In this document: positions 39,012 through 50,254 of the stretch, in pieces
How positions within the stretch are numbered: position 1 is the first letter of the stretch
How the letters are laid out: each line of letters begins with the position of its first letter
Assembly (NCBI GenBank): GCA_963717145.1
Contig: OY970325.1
Span: forward strand, 3,392,001-3,456,000
Reading direction: 5' to 3'
Length of the DNA stretch: 64,000 bases
Source of the DNA: an uncultured Armatimonadetes bacterium
Lineage (GTDB): Bacteria > Armatimonadota > UBA5829 > DTJY01
Position numbers and translations under genes: made by a program
Notes under the pieces: model-generated
Told to the model about the DNA's origin: nothing
What the model saw: the letters and a program-made list of their open reading frames with translations, nothing else
The model's database searches: none

Positions 39012-39698
39012 ATGCGCTGTCTGGTGATTCTCATGCTGGTGGTCATGGCGATGAGCGCCGAGAAACCGGTGACCGTCAAGCTCGACAAGGATACCCACCG
39101 CGTCGAGTGGCTTCACCGCGAGAAGTGGGACGCCAAGTGGGCCTCGCGGTGGGTCGTCGAGGGCGACGCCGAGGTCAAGGTCAAGGACGGCATGCTGTGG
39201 GTGCAGTCGCTCGATCCGTCCAAGCCGAAAGCCGCCACCATCTGGTACAAAGAGGACCTGCCGGATAACGTCATCGTCCGCTTCAAGGCGAAGGTGCTGC
39301 CTCCCGAGGAGCAGAACGCCGCGAACCTGAACGTGTTCCTCCACGCCCGCGAGCTTGACGGGAAGCCGCTCAGGTTCGGGCGGTCAGGCGCGTACACGGA
39401 CTACCACAAGATCCCCAACTACATCGTCACGCTCACCGGCGGCGTCCAGCCCGGTTGGAGCAGAGTGCGCCGAGACCCGGGCTTCGACATGATCCACGAG
39501 TCGGAGGTCCGCTCGGAGGTCGGCAAGGAATACGAGATCGCGGTCACGGTGCAGAAAGGGCGGATCCGCTACTACCTCAACGGCCGCCTGTGCCACGATG
39601 TTACCGATCCGAAGCCGCTCAAGGGTGGGAAGTTCGCCCTCCGCACCTGGAGCACGAACGCCTGCTGGGATGACATCGAGATCGGCCGGCTGAAGTGA
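39012..39698 (+). CDS. Secreted concanavalin-A-like protein (YesU/DUF1961-like)
   Basis: ATIWYKEDLP, NLNVF, RVRRDPGF, DPKPLKGGKFALR. Confidence 0.6.
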   Translation: MRCLVILMLVVMAMSAEKPVTVKLDKDTHRVEWLHREKWDAKWASRWVVEGDAEVKVKDGMLWVQSLDPSKPKAATIWYKEDLPDNVIVRFKAKVLPPEEQNAANLNVFLHARELDGKPLRFGRSGAYTDYHKIPNYIVTLTGGVQPGWSRVRRDPGFDMIHESEVRSEVGKEYEIAVTVQKGRIRYYLNGRLCHDVTDPKPLKGGKFALRTWSTNACWDDIEIGRLK

Positions 39699-39720
39699 GA
39701 CTGTGCACGCAGATGGGAGC

Positions 39721-40110
39721 ATGTCGATGACAGACGAGACCATCGGGAAGGTCTTTGTCGCAGCAATCGTTCTGATATTGCTCGTCACGTTCAACAAGTG
39801 GCGGCCATTCCTGCAGGACTACCGGTTTACCGGCGAGGGAATCGATATCGTGATACTGGGAGGCTCGGTGAGGGTGTTTCGCATCTGGAGGAAGAACATC
39901 CGAAACGCTTCGGTTGTTTCCATGTTCAGGTCCCCTCCGTGGCCCGTCCTGGGTTGGTGTGGTCTGGCCAACCGCTTGACAACCAGGTTGCTGTGGATCA
40001 GGACGACCGGGATTACATCATATATCCTGACTCCTGCCGATCGTGAGGCTGCGCTTGAGGCGCTCGGTTTCCGTCCTGAGAGTCACGGCGGGCGTTCACG
40101 ACGACGATAG
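39721..40110 (+). CDS. Small membrane protein
   Basis: N-terminal TM, YILTPADREA. Confidence 0.5.
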   Translation: MSMTDETIGKVFVAAIVLILLVTFNKWRPFLQDYRFTGEGIDIVILGGSVRVFRIWRKNIRNASVVSMFRSPPWPVLGWCGLANRLTTRLLWIRTTGITSYILTPADREAALEALGFRPESHGGRSRRR

Positions 40111-42366
40111 CTCAAGTATCTCCTGGCCGAGGGGTGGGAGTGAGAGGTGCAGCTTGCCCTTCTGCAGGTCCGAGCCGGTGAGTGTGCCGAGGGATTTGCC
40201 GGTGAAGAGCGCCGTCACCTGGTAGGTACGATCGGGGAGGACCCAGGGGATGTTGATCGCCCGCTCGTCCGATCCCGCGCTGCCTCGGATGACCACCACT
40301 GCCCCGCAGCCCTCGTCGTTCAGCTTACCCCACCAGTGCCAGTCGGTGTCGGTCGGCGCGGGCACTCCGCTGTATTCGAAGTAGCGGTAGATGTCGTAGG
40401 TCTCCCTTAGTCGCCTCACGATGGCGAACCGGTCGTGGTAGCGCTCGATCTGGTCCGGCGTCAGTGATGCCAGGTCCCCCGCGAAGACCGTCGGAGCGCC
40501 CATCAGCCAACTGCAGACCTGCCGATCCTGCACCTCCGGCGTCAGGCTGCCCCGGAAGTTGACCGTCGCCGCGGCGTAGTACTCGATGCAGTAGAGCGGA
40601 AGCCCTCGGTGGGCATACAACCTCTGGCGGGCATTCAGGCATCCCTGGACAAGCTGTTTTCGAAGGTCCTCGGGCTTGTAAGTCCAGCTTTCGTTCGGTC
40701 GCTCTCCCCGGTTGCCGCAGCCCGAATAGTCGTTCGGCGGGATGTGGTACGAGCCGGCGTGCTTCAGGGCGGCGACATCCGCCGGCACACCGGGCGTGCC
40801 CCAGTAGATCTCGTGGGTGATCTCCGGCTTCATGTCAGGCGCGGCCCGCCGTACCCTGTCCTGCGCGTCGAGCAGACCTCGCAGTCCCCGGAGGAGCGAT
40901 TCCTTCTTCGTGCGGCTGTCGTGTCCCTCAGCAATATCGCCGAACTTGACGTTGCTGAGGTCCTGCTTCACGTAGGTCACACCCCAGCGAGTGTTAAGCC
41001 CGATCAGGGTGTCGGCATAGTAGTCGCGCCACGGGCTCGCGAAGCTCATGCCGAGTCCTCCACCGCGCTTGATCTCCGGGAGACTCGGCGTGAACCGACG
41101 CAGATCGTCGGAATCCGGTCGGCGAAAGTCGGAGACCCACACGCCGAGTTGCAGTCCGATGTCGCAGACGTGCCGAGCGAAGGCATGGAAGCCCGGGAAC
41201 TTGGCGGCATCGGGCGTGCCGTCACCGCAGTCCCAGGAGGGACCGGCAGTCCACCCGGCGTCGATCTGCAGGCAACGGAACCCGGCTCTTGACGCGAGAT
41301 CGGCCATCTCCCGCATGTTCGCTTCGTTCACTACCTCACCAAAATTCGACCAGGAGCACCACAGCGGCACGGGCAGATCGCTCGGCTCGGCGGCGACGCC
41401 GATTTGCTGCTCCAGAAACCTCTTGAACGGGCGCTCGATGGCCCGGTCGAGCGGAGTCGCGACGCCTGAGATCGTCTGTTCGACCCGGCCGCTGTACGCA
41501 TAGAGGAACACCGGCTCGGAGGTGAACCGCTCCATCGGGCCGAGCACCCACTCGAAGTGCTCGTCGGCGTAACCCATCGCGCCGGCCTCGGAGATTGACC
41601 GGAGCGCGGAGGGAATCTCGCTGACCGCGAGCACTCCTCGCGACTGGTCCTCGGTCCCGAATGCGATCACGCTCGAGCACGCGCCTCGCTCCTCGGGAGT
41701 CAGCAGCGTTCGATGGCGGAACTCCCCGGAGAGCGCAATGTCGTCGATCACCAGCTTCTCGATCTTGAGCCACCTGCGGCTCATGTTCCGGACCTCGATC
41801 CATTTGCGCACGACCGGATAGCCTTCGTAGACCTCGTAGAACAGGTCGATCGAGACCGCCGTGAGCGGGCCGGAGATCGACCGGACGCGGGTATTCAGGC
41901 GCGTCACCCCCGGCGACGGCGTGGTGATCCGACTGCTTATGAGGCTGAACTTGTCACCCCACGAGTCAGCGCAGACCGTGACAGGATCCACCCACGCCAC
42001 GGACCTCGTTCGGGAGGGAGTTGCACTCCCTCCCGCCCCGCTCTCCTTCACGTCCAGAGCATCGGTGCCGCCAGCCACAGTGGCCTGCTGCTCGACCGCT
42101 TCGGCCTCGCCGGGTTTCAGTCCCTTCGGACGCTCATTCGGCTCGGCGCGGGTGAACGTCACCGCGAACTCCCGCGCGGGACCCGCGAGGATCTCCCGGC
42201 CATCGACACTGAGACTGGTGGTGCTGACGTTCCTGCCGTCGAACGAGATCGTCCGATCAAGGATTCCCGCCTTGATCCGGGCTTGCTTGCCGATGAGGGC
42301 GATGCCGCCGTTGCATGGGCATGCGGCCAACACGATCACCGCCAGGATGAAGAAGAGTTTTGCCAT
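40096..42366 (-). CDS. GH36/GH27-like alpha-galactosidase-fold protein
   Basis: Signal peptide, WCSWSNF, QIDAGW, KFPGF, LGVW, YVKQD. Confidence 0.65.
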   Translation of the reverse strand: MAKLFFILAVIVLAACPCNGGIALIGKQARIKAGILDRTISFDGRNVSTTSLSVDGREILAGPAREFAVTFTRAEPNERPKGLKPGEAEAVEQQATVAGGTDALDVKESGAGGSATPSRTRSVAWVDPVTVCADSWGDKFSLISSRITTPSPGVTRLNTRVRSISGPLTAVSIDLFYEVYEGYPVVRKWIEVRNMSRRWLKIEKLVIDDIALSGEFRHRTLLTPEERGACSSVIAFGTEDQSRGVLAVSEIPSALRSISEAGAMGYADEHFEWVLGPMERFTSEPVFLYAYSGRVEQTISGVATPLDRAIERPFKRFLEQQIGVAAEPSDLPVPLWCSWSNFGEVVNEANMREMADLASRAGFRCLQIDAGWTAGPSWDCGDGTPDAAKFPGFHAFARHVCDIGLQLGVWVSDFRRPDSDDLRRFTPSLPEIKRGGGLGMSFASPWRDYYADTLIGLNTRWGVTYVKQDLSNVKFGDIAEGHDSRTKKESLLRGLRGLLDAQDRVRRAAPDMKPEITHEIYWGTPGVPADVAALKHAGSYHIPPNDYSGCGNRGERPNESWTYKPEDLRKQLVQGCLNARQRLYAHRGLPLYCIEYYAAATVNFRGSLTPEVQDRQVCSWLMGAPTVFAGDLASLTPDQIERYHDRFAIVRRLRETYDIYRYFEYSGVPAPTDTDWHWWGKLNDEGCGAVVVIRGSAGSDERAINIPWVLPDRTYQVTALFTGKSLGTLTGSDLQKGKLHLSLPPLGQEILELSSS

Positions 42367-44487
42367 CAGTTCCCCAATCCGATCTTCGCGCGTTCCGCCC
42401 TAACGCGAGCGAGGACTTCTTTGTCGTTGAGATTGACCCCCAGCACCATCACCCCGCGCGGCCCGATCCGCAACTCGCCCGTGGGACGATCGAGCCCCTG
42501 AGTGCTGAGCGGTTTGAAGCCGGTCATCGCGGTCCAGTCGCTCAGGGCCACCGACTCACCGGTGAGTTCGAGTTCCGGCTCCCAGAGGATCGAGCGCCAC
42601 GTCAACTCCCTGCTCGCGGTCGGACGGGTTGAACAGGAAGATGAAACCCCGCCCGTCCACGAGATGCCCCGCCCCATCGATGCCCTTCCCGTCCGGCGCG
42701 TCGAGGACGTGCTGGTAGACTGTGAGGTATGACCGATTCGCCTTGAACCAGGCGGTGCACTCATTGTGCAGGTCGAGCGCCGCTGGCCTGAGCATCGCGG
42801 GATCGTCGCCCCACTGGTAGTTGAATCGGCAGGCCAGATACGTGTAGATCCTGTCCCGCAACTGCTCGATCGGCCGGTTCTCGAACCAGGTCCATCCGTT
42901 GTGCGGCGGCGATATGCAGTTGAACGGCCATGCCCACTCGGCCTGGTACGCTGCCGCCCGAGTGATGAGGTCGCCCGCATATAGGTCGTGCCTGCTGAAG
43001 AATCGGTCCGCCTCAGTGCGCTGCGGGAACAGCGGGTCCTCGCGCGGCTCGATCGTGGCCTCGGGCAGGATGTTGCTCCACGCCCAGAACTGACCCTCGC
43101 CGAAGTAGACCTGGTTCACATCGCACAGGAAGTGGATATTGCCCCACGGCCACCAAGCGCTGCGGGATGTGCTGTTGTGGCAACTCGTCGAGAATCCGGG
43201 ATGCCTGGCTCTCACTTTCTCCACGGCTTCGATCGTCGTCTCGGTCACCTTCCGATCCATGAACAGCCGCCCGAGGTTGCTCTTCTCGATCAGGTCGAGA
43301 AGGAACTCCGCGGAATCGGTCGTCCCGTCGTTCATCCAGAGGTGAAACGCGAGGCCATTGGCTCGGTTGAAGTCTCGCAGCTTTGCCCATCCGCCGGGGA
43401 AGCGATCCGGGTCGAGCTGCCAGCCATCGCCCTGCCAGCCCGCGTCGAGGTGGAACTCCTCCATGCCCATCTTCACCTGTCGCGGCAGCACGTCGAACAG
43501 CCGCTCCTGGGTGACGACTCGCTTGTCCACAGGGGTCGGGCCGCCCTGCCACAGCCAGAACTGGTTCCACTCGTAGAGCGACGGCGTATCACCCTGGACG
43601 GAATAGCGCGTCTGGATGAACCGCCGCAGGTCGAGGAACCCGATCTCCACCGGCCCGTGGAATGTCTGGATGACGAACGGCCCTGACCGGCCGCTCCTCC
43701 GCGTCCGGAACGACGGGTTCTGGATGAGGGCAAACTGCCCCTCGGCGATCCGCTCCTGGCCGCCGATCTCCGCGACGAATCCCCAGATGCCCGTTTCGGT
43801 CTGCGGATCGTAGCAGAGATGATCGGATTCCGTAGTGACCTCGAACCGCCGCCGATCGGGGATGTTCGGCCTGCCGTCGGTGAAGCCTCTCGCGAAGAGG
43901 TTCGCCGGCATGACGGGCCTGAGTGACTGCCTGACGCTCAGCACCTGGCCGATGACCGTATCGCCCAACTGCGCTTCGAAGTCCTGCTCGAGCTGGGGGC
44001 GCGTCCGAGACAGGCGCGCTCGCCAGGTGATCGCCGGTTCACCCTTGAACTGAACCACCTGTTCCGCGTAGTCCGGATACTGGTAAGCGTCCCAACGAGC
44101 GACCTGGAAGTCGTCGGATGAACGCTTGTCGCTGAGGTAGAAGACCTGGCTCGCGGCGGAGAGCAGTTCCTCGCCGGTGAGGTTGTCCCGCAGGCTCGTG
44201 ATCGTCGCGCGGCCGGCATCGATGGTCACGCACAGGGACAGCGCGGCATTCGATAGCGTGATCGATTGGCCGCTGCTGGTGATCTTGGGAATCCCGAGAT
44301 CGGCGGGGAAGCGTCGGATCTGCCTGGGATTGGTGAGATGCGACGGAAGAGGCGTTCCAGTCGCGGACGGCGGCGGAATGCTGCTCGGGTCGAGCATCAC
44401 ATATGGCGTCTTCAAGTTCTCATCACCTGCTGATGGGATGACCATCAGCACGGCGAGTACACTCATTGCCAGGAATCGGTAGTCCAT
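42366..44487 (-). CDS. GH36-like protein, frameshift near 42603
   Basis: FHLDAGWQ...DPDRFPGG...FHLW; C-terminus WRSILWEPEL in another frame. Confidence 0.6.
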
Positions 44488-44559
44488 CTTGCCCCCAGAC
44501 TGTCATTGCGTTCAGGTATGAATTCAGGCATGCGGTGTCGAATACCTCCTGTGAAAGAT

Positions 44560-44658
44560 GTCCCCCTTGCGAAGGGGGACCGGCCTCTGGGCCGAGGGGG
44601 TCTGTGTATGCGAACCTCCCCCGGCCTGCTGGCCGGCCCCTCCTTCGTAAGGAGGGGC
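44560..44658. repeat. REP-like element CCCCTT-NNN-AAGGGG doublet
   Basis: gtcccccttgcgaagggggac ... gcccctccttcgtaaggaggggc. Confidence 0.65.
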
Positions 44659-44674
44659 AGATCAGGAGAAAGAC

Positions 44675-46894
44675 ATGAAACTCATCCTTGCCGCAATGAT
44701 ACTGATAGTCGCCGTGCCGAGCATGGCGGCGAAGATACCGACCGTCGAGCAGGCGATCGCCTCGAAGACCGACCTCTGGGGCGAGATGTCCATGCGCCTG
44801 CCGAACGGACCGACCTACGAGTTCTTCCGGGATCTGCTCCCACCCCTCAGATACGTCGACGCGCCCTTCCTGCACTATCCGATCGTGCTCAGCCCGCCGT
44901 GCAGCAAGGTCAAAGCCCGGTTCATCAGCAACGGGAGCGCCGTCAATGCGCTCGCGAGACAGATCAACTGGCGCGGCGAGACCGGCATCCCCGTGAGGTT
45001 CTACCTCGGCGAGTACGGCTCGGTATTCGGCGCGGACCTCCATGACCTCGACGGCCCGCGTTACGCGAAGGGCTACCTGCCGATCGTTCAGAATCAGTAC
45101 CGGCGCGGGGATGCCGTCGCCGCCCAGGAGGCGTTCTGCAGCACGGACCCGACCTACGCCGAGAACGGGCTCGTGTTCGTGAGGTTCACCGGCAAGGGTA
45201 AGCTGATCGCCCAGATCTCGCTGACCGTCGAATCGGCGATGACCGGCGTGGATGGCGTCGTGAGAGATGCAGAGGGGAATGCGATCGCCTGGTATGATGA
45301 GAGCTGGAAGTGGACCCCCGGCGCTCAGCGGCTCGTCGCGAACCTCTCGCCTGGCAAGCCGGCGCATCTGGCAGTTTTCACGAAGACCACCACGAATCAA
45401 CTCCCGAAGCTCGACGCCGGTGTCTACAATGCGCATAGAGCCGGGTGCATCGAGACCTGGGATTCCGTGCTCAGCAAGGGAGTGCAGATCGAGACGCCCA
45501 AGCCGGTCGTCAACGATGCCTGGCGGTCGCTCGTGATCGGCACACTCGAGCTGATGAACGGCGATGAAGTCCACTACAGCATGGGCAACCAGTACGCTAA
45601 GATGTACGTCGGCGAGGGCGGCGACACGATCCGGGCGCTGGCGCTCTTCGGCCAGACGGAGGTCGCCCGGCGGCTGCTCGTACCGCTCATGGACTACAAG
45701 CGCGACGACCTGCTCTTCCATCAGGCCGGCAAGAAGCTCCAGCTTCTCTCCCATTACTACTGGCTCACCCGCGATGAGTCCTGGTTCGATGAGCAGACCG
45801 ACCGCGTGATGTTGCAGGTCAATCGCCTCGTGAACGGACGCGAGCCTGAGAAAGGCCTCGCGCCTAGGGAGAGCTACTGCGGCGACATCCACACGCCGGT
45901 GTACTCGTTCAACTCGAATGCGAACGGATGGGGCGGGCTCGTCGAGTTCTCGGCGGTCCAGGCCGATATGGGCGACCACGCGGAGGCGCGACGGCTCGCT
46001 CAGTCGGCGGCTGAATGGAAGCCGAAGATCCAGGACGCCGTCGATAAGAGCGTCCGGAAGGATGTCGATCCGCCGTTCGTTCCGGTTGCCATGTTTGGCG
46101 AGGAGCAGCCATACGATCCGCTGACGGCGACCCGGCTCGGCGGATACTATGACCTCATGGCGCCGTACATGCTCGGTTCGGGATTCTTCCCTTACGATTC
46201 GGATGAGGCCGGGTGGATCACCAGCTATCTGGAGCAGAAGGGCGGGCTGATGATGGGCATGGTTCGCGTGCGACCGGATTCGGACTTCTACATCGCGAAC
46301 CAGAACATCGACGATCTGTACACGCTCCGGTACACCGTGAACCTCCTCCAGCGGGACGAGGTGGATCGGGCGCTGGTGAGCTTCTATGGCAAGCTGGCCC
46401 AGGGTTTCACGCGCGACACGTTCATCGGCGCGGAAGGGAGTTGCCCCACGCCGCTCGATGAGTTCGGCCGGCAGTTCTACCTCCCACCGAACAGCGCCTC
46501 GAACGCGTTCTTCCTGTGGATGCTCAGGTATCTCATGGTGCAGGACTGGGACATGGACGGTGACGCCCGGCCTGATACCCTGCGCCTGATGTATGCGACT
46601 CCCAGACCGTGGCTCAAGGACGGCAAGACGATCAGGATCGAGCGCGCGCCGACCGCGTTCGGCGAGGTGTCGGTCGTGATGACCTCGCATCTGAGCAAGG
46701 GGGAAGTGACCGCAGATGTCACCGCCCCGAAGGAGTCGCCGAAGAAGATGCTCCTCCGCGCGCGCCTGCCCGAGGGATGGAAGGTAAAATCGGCGTCGGT
46801 CGGAGCGAAACCGCTCCCGGTCGATCTGACCGGCGCGGTCGATCTCACTGGCATAACCGGCAAGTTCACGATCAAGTTCGAGGTGACAGAGTGA
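44675..46894 (+). CDS. Secreted (alpha/alpha)6 glycosidase-like protein
   Basis: Signal peptide; C-terminal LMYATPRPWL...RAPTAFGEVS. Confidence 0.55.
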   Translation: MKLILAAMILIVAVPSMAAKIPTVEQAIASKTDLWGEMSMRLPNGPTYEFFRDLLPPLRYVDAPFLHYPIVLSPPCSKVKARFISNGSAVNALARQINWRGETGIPVRFYLGEYGSVFGADLHDLDGPRYAKGYLPIVQNQYRRGDAVAAQEAFCSTDPTYAENGLVFVRFTGKGKLIAQISLTVESAMTGVDGVVRDAEGNAIAWYDESWKWTPGAQRLVANLSPGKPAHLAVFTKTTTNQLPKLDAGVYNAHRAGCIETWDSVLSKGVQIETPKPVVNDAWRSLVIGTLELMNGDEVHYSMGNQYAKMYVGEGGDTIRALALFGQTEVARRLLVPLMDYKRDDLLFHQAGKKLQLLSHYYWLTRDESWFDEQTDRVMLQVNRLVNGREPEKGLAPRESYCGDIHTPVYSFNSNANGWGGLVEFSAVQADMGDHAEARRLAQSAAEWKPKIQDAVDKSVRKDVDPPFVPVAMFGEEQPYDPLTATRLGGYYDLMAPYMLGSGFFPYDSDEAGWITSYLEQKGGLMMGMVRVRPDSDFYIANQNIDDLYTLRYTVNLLQRDEVDRALVSFYGKLAQGFTRDTFIGAEGSCPTPLDEFGRQFYLPPNSASNAFFLWMLRYLMVQDWDMDGDARPDTLRLMYATPRPWLKDGKTIRIERAPTAFGEVSVVMTSHLSKGEVTADVTAPKESPKKMLLRARLPEGWKVKSASVGAKPLPVDLTGAVDLTGITGKFTIKFEVTE

Positions 46895-48267
46895 TGACCC
46901 GCGCGTCCCATAAGTCCCATATGTCCTATATGTCCTATATGTCCTATTCGGCCTGCCTTGCCGCCCTGCTTCTCCTGGCAATCCCCGCATGTGCATGGGG
47001 GCCGCACACGCAGGTCACCCAGGCCGCGCTCGATGCCATCGACGCCCAAGATCCGATCGTCAAGCATCTCGGACCGTCGTTCGAGGAGCTTCCGGCGTAT
47101 TCCTGGATGGGCGACTATAACCGCAGCATCAGGAAGGACACCGACGGCGGCCTCTACTACGCGGACGACTACCTGCTGTTTCCCGCGATGCAGAAGCACA
47201 CCAACCATGTAATGCCGGGCGTGCGGGAGTCTCTCAAGCCCTACTTCCAAAGAAGCGTGCAGGCCCTCCGAACCGAGACGCCGACCAATGCCGCGCGTTG
47301 GGTCGGTACGCTTCTGCACTTCACTGAGGACGCCGGCGCTCCCCCGCATGCGTACCCTGATGTCGGCAACCTGCACCACAAGATGGAGAACTGGATCGAT
47401 AGCGATCGGATCGGCATAGGGGGATATGAACCTCAGTTTCTCGGCACGACCGAGGACGAGGCGCTCGTGGCCTACCTGAAGCGCATGGATGCCCTGATTG
47501 CGTTCTCGATCGAGCGCGCGAAGAAGATCATCCCCCTCGCCAAAGTGGACGACCGAGCCGCCGTCGAGCCGCTCGAACTCGAATGCGCCAATGAGTGCAG
47601 CCGTGTGGTCGCCGATCTGCTCCACACACTCGGACAGATCGCGCTGTCGCCGGTTCCGGACTCGGCGAGCATCGGAGGCACGATCAAGACGAAGCCGGAT
47701 GCTCCGATGGACGGCCGGCTCGCGAAGATCGTCATCTCCGGCACGAACTACTCGACAGTGGCCGATCCCTCAGGCAAGTGGCAGCTTCACAACCTGCCTG
47801 CGGGGACGTATATGGGGAAGGTCCATTACCCCGGCTGCCGGATGGACAACTTCACGGCGAGGCTCGAGCCGGGACAGAGCCGAACGATCAACATCCTGAT
47901 GGTGACCCTGAAGCCCGTCGGAAACCTGCTCCGTAACCCGGATCTCCGCGTTCAGTGGAAGTCGCCCGGCGCGCCCGACTCGTGGTTTGTGACCAAGACG
48001 GGCTGGGAGAGCGATGTCGTTCCGGTCACAGCGGGGCAGAAGTACGAGTTGAGCGTTCGATGGAAGCATGGCGTCACCGGATCCGCGTCCGTGCGCTGGT
48101 ACACGAACCTGTCTCCCGGAATCGCGGAGTCGAAGGACGAGCAGCCGGTTGAGAAGCCTTCCATCTTCACCGCGCCCGAGAAGATGGAATCGGCATGCGT
48201 CATCATCAATACCGACCGCCCGATCGCCGATGTCTGCGAGGCGATTTCGTTCTCGGCGGTGAAATAG
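46894..48267 (+). CDS. Zn-dependent phospholipase C/S1-P1-fold protein with carboxypeptidase-regulatory-like and CBM-like domains
   Basis: Predicted cleavage ACA/WGPH gives an N-terminal Trp; HFTEDAGAPPH, HHKMEN; TVADPSGKWQLHNLPAGTY. Confidence 0.6.
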   Translation: MTRASHKSHMSYMSYMSYSACLAALLLLAIPACAWGPHTQVTQAALDAIDAQDPIVKHLGPSFEELPAYSWMGDYNRSIRKDTDGGLYYADDYLLFPAMQKHTNHVMPGVRESLKPYFQRSVQALRTETPTNAARWVGTLLHFTEDAGAPPHAYPDVGNLHHKMENWIDSDRIGIGGYEPQFLGTTEDEALVAYLKRMDALIAFSIERAKKIIPLAKVDDRAAVEPLELECANECSRVVADLLHTLGQIALSPVPDSASIGGTIKTKPDAPMDGRLAKIVISGTNYSTVADPSGKWQLHNLPAGTYMGKVHYPGCRMDNFTARLEPGQSRTINILMVTLKPVGNLLRNPDLRVQWKSPGAPDSWFVTKTGWESDVVPVTAGQKYELSVRWKHGVTGSASVRWYTNLSPGIAESKDEQPVEKPSIFTAPEKMESACVIINTDRPIADVCEAISFSAVK

Positions 48268-48282
48268 ACAGAGAGGAACCAC

Positions 48283-48414
48283 CCGTCAGCCCTGAGTGCG
48301 CCGGTGAATGACGGCGTGTATCGAAGGGCGGCCTGCGGAGCACCGAGGGTTTGGTGGATGTGCCACCGCCCTTCGTTACACGCCGTCATTCACCGGCGCA
48401 CTCAGGGCTGACGG
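48283..48414. repeat. Palindromic element CCGTCAGCCCTGAG...TCGAAGGG family (49-bp arms)
   Basis: 1 mismatch between arms; relatives at 61395-61500 and 62939-63052. Confidence 0.9.
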
Positions 48415-48458
48415 TTCTTCAGAATCCAAGTATCACGACAATGGGAGGTAGATAAGTC

Positions 48459-49988
48459 ATGCGTACGATTTCCCTGGCGGCTCTGGTGATCGTCCTGAGC
48501 TGCATGATGATCCCGGCGGCGGCGAACATCCAGGCGCACAGCACGTTCAGCGATAATATGGTCCTGCAGCAGGGCATGAAAGTCCCGGTGTGGGGCACGG
48601 CGGCTCCCGGCGAGAACATCCGCGTGCATTTCAACGGCCAGACGGCGAAGACCACCGCCGACTCCGACGGCAAGTGGATGGTCAGACTCGAGCCGATGAT
48701 GGCGGGCGGGCCGTTCAAGATGCTCCTCGTCGGCAACAACAACGTCCTCTTCGAGAACGTCATGGTCGGCGAGGTCTGGGTCTGCTCCGGCCAGTCGAAC
48801 ATGTGGTGGACGGTCAAGGCCTCGAATAACGCCGAGCAGGAGATCGCCGACGCGAAGTACCCGAAGATTCGCCTGTTCACCGTCCCTGCGGCGATGGCTG
48901 CCGAACCAACGAGCAATCTCAACAGCAAGTGGGTCGAATGCAGCCCGGAAACCGTCCCGACCTTCTCCGCGGCGGCGTACTACTTCGGACGAGAGCTGTT
49001 CAAGTCGCTGAACGTCCCGATCGGGCTGATCCATACCTCCTGGGGCGGCACTCCGGCCGAGTCGTGGACGAGCCTCGCGGTCCTGAAGTCCGATCCCGAC
49101 TTCGATGCGATTGTGAAGCGATATGACGATCAGATCGCCGGCTACGAGAAGGTCAAGACGGAGTACCCGGGCCTGCTTGCACAATGGGAAAAGGACGCGG
49201 AGACGGCGAAGGCGGAGGGCAAGCCCGCCCCCGAGAAGCCCAAGGAAGCTGCATACAATCCGTGGATCCCGTCCAGCCTCTACAACGCCATGATCGCGCC
49301 GCTGATCCCGTACGGCATCAAGGGAGCGATCTGGTACCAGGGTGAGTCCAATGCGGCGAGGGCATATCAGTACCGCAAGTTGTTCCCCGACATGATCAAG
49401 AACTGGCGCAAGGATTGGGGCGAGGGCGACTTCCCGTTCCTGTATGTCCAACTCGCAAACTGGGCGCCCAGTCCACCGGAATACAACGACACCTGGGCGG
49501 AGCTTCGTGAGGCGCAGACGATGACGCTCTCGCTGAAGAACACGGGGATGGCGTTGGCGATCGATATCGGCGACACGGGCAGCATCCATCCCACAAACAA
49601 GCAGGAGGTCGGGCGGCGCTTGGCCCTGAACGCGCTGGCGATCGCCTACGGGAAGAAGCTCGTCTACTCCGGGCCGATCTACCGCGCGATGGAGCCGGAA
49701 TACGGCACCATCGTCCTGGTGTTCGACCACCTCGGCGGCGGACTGGTGGCGAAGGACGGCGACCTGAAGGGCTTCACTATCGCAGGCGCGGACAGGAAGT
49801 TCGTCCCGGCGCAGGCGAAGATCGTCGGCAACACGGTCGTCGTCAGCAGCCCTGAGGTGAAAGACCCGGTGGCCGTGCGGTACTCGTGGAAGATCAATCC
49901 GGGCGGCAACCTGTACAACAAGGCCGACCTTCCCGCATCGCCGTTCCGCACGGACGACTGGCCCGGCGTGACGGCGGACAAGAAGTAG
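48459..49988 (+). CDS. Sialate O-acetylesterase (SASA/SGNH)
   Basis: FSDNMVLQ, GEVWVCSGQSNM, WYQGESN, DIGDTGSIHP. Confidence 0.93.
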   Translation: MRTISLAALVIVLSCMMIPAAANIQAHSTFSDNMVLQQGMKVPVWGTAAPGENIRVHFNGQTAKTTADSDGKWMVRLEPMMAGGPFKMLLVGNNNVLFENVMVGEVWVCSGQSNMWWTVKASNNAEQEIADAKYPKIRLFTVPAAMAAEPTSNLNSKWVECSPETVPTFSAAAYYFGRELFKSLNVPIGLIHTSWGGTPAESWTSLAVLKSDPDFDAIVKRYDDQIAGYEKVKTEYPGLLAQWEKDAETAKAEGKPAPEKPKEAAYNPWIPSSLYNAMIAPLIPYGIKGAIWYQGESNAARAYQYRKLFPDMIKNWRKDWGEGDFPFLYVQLANWAPSPPEYNDTWAELREAQTMTLSLKNTGMALAIDIGDTGSIHPTNKQEVGRRLALNALAIAYGKKLVYSGPIYRAMEPEYGTIVLVFDHLGGGLVAKDGDLKGFTIAGADRKFVPAQAKIVGNTVVVSSPEVKDPVAVRYSWKINPGGNLYNKADLPASPFRTDDWPGVTADKK

Positions 49989-50254
49989 GTGGCCAGACAC
50001 TAGACGTTAGACTTTGGACCGTGGCATGTTCGGGAGGGAGTTGTACTCCCTCCCGGTAGACCGATTGGGGAGTTGAACTCCCACGCCGGTGCGGCGAAAC
50101 ATTGCCGTACAGTGGAGGTGAAGTGGCTTGACCAAGAAGGTTCTGTTAGTGGCAGCAGGGGTGGTGGTGGGCTATGCGCTTATCTCACTCATCATGTGGC
50201 TAATATATGGCAGGTAAATCTCCGAAGAGGAGCAGTCTTAGAGAGGAGCACCCC

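Noticed and set aside
44423-46996. Long antisense ORFs (857 aa here; also 12170..14095, 36942..38444, 48402..50000, 52011..53702)
   Set aside because: Shadow frames of GC-rich genes, with no motifs
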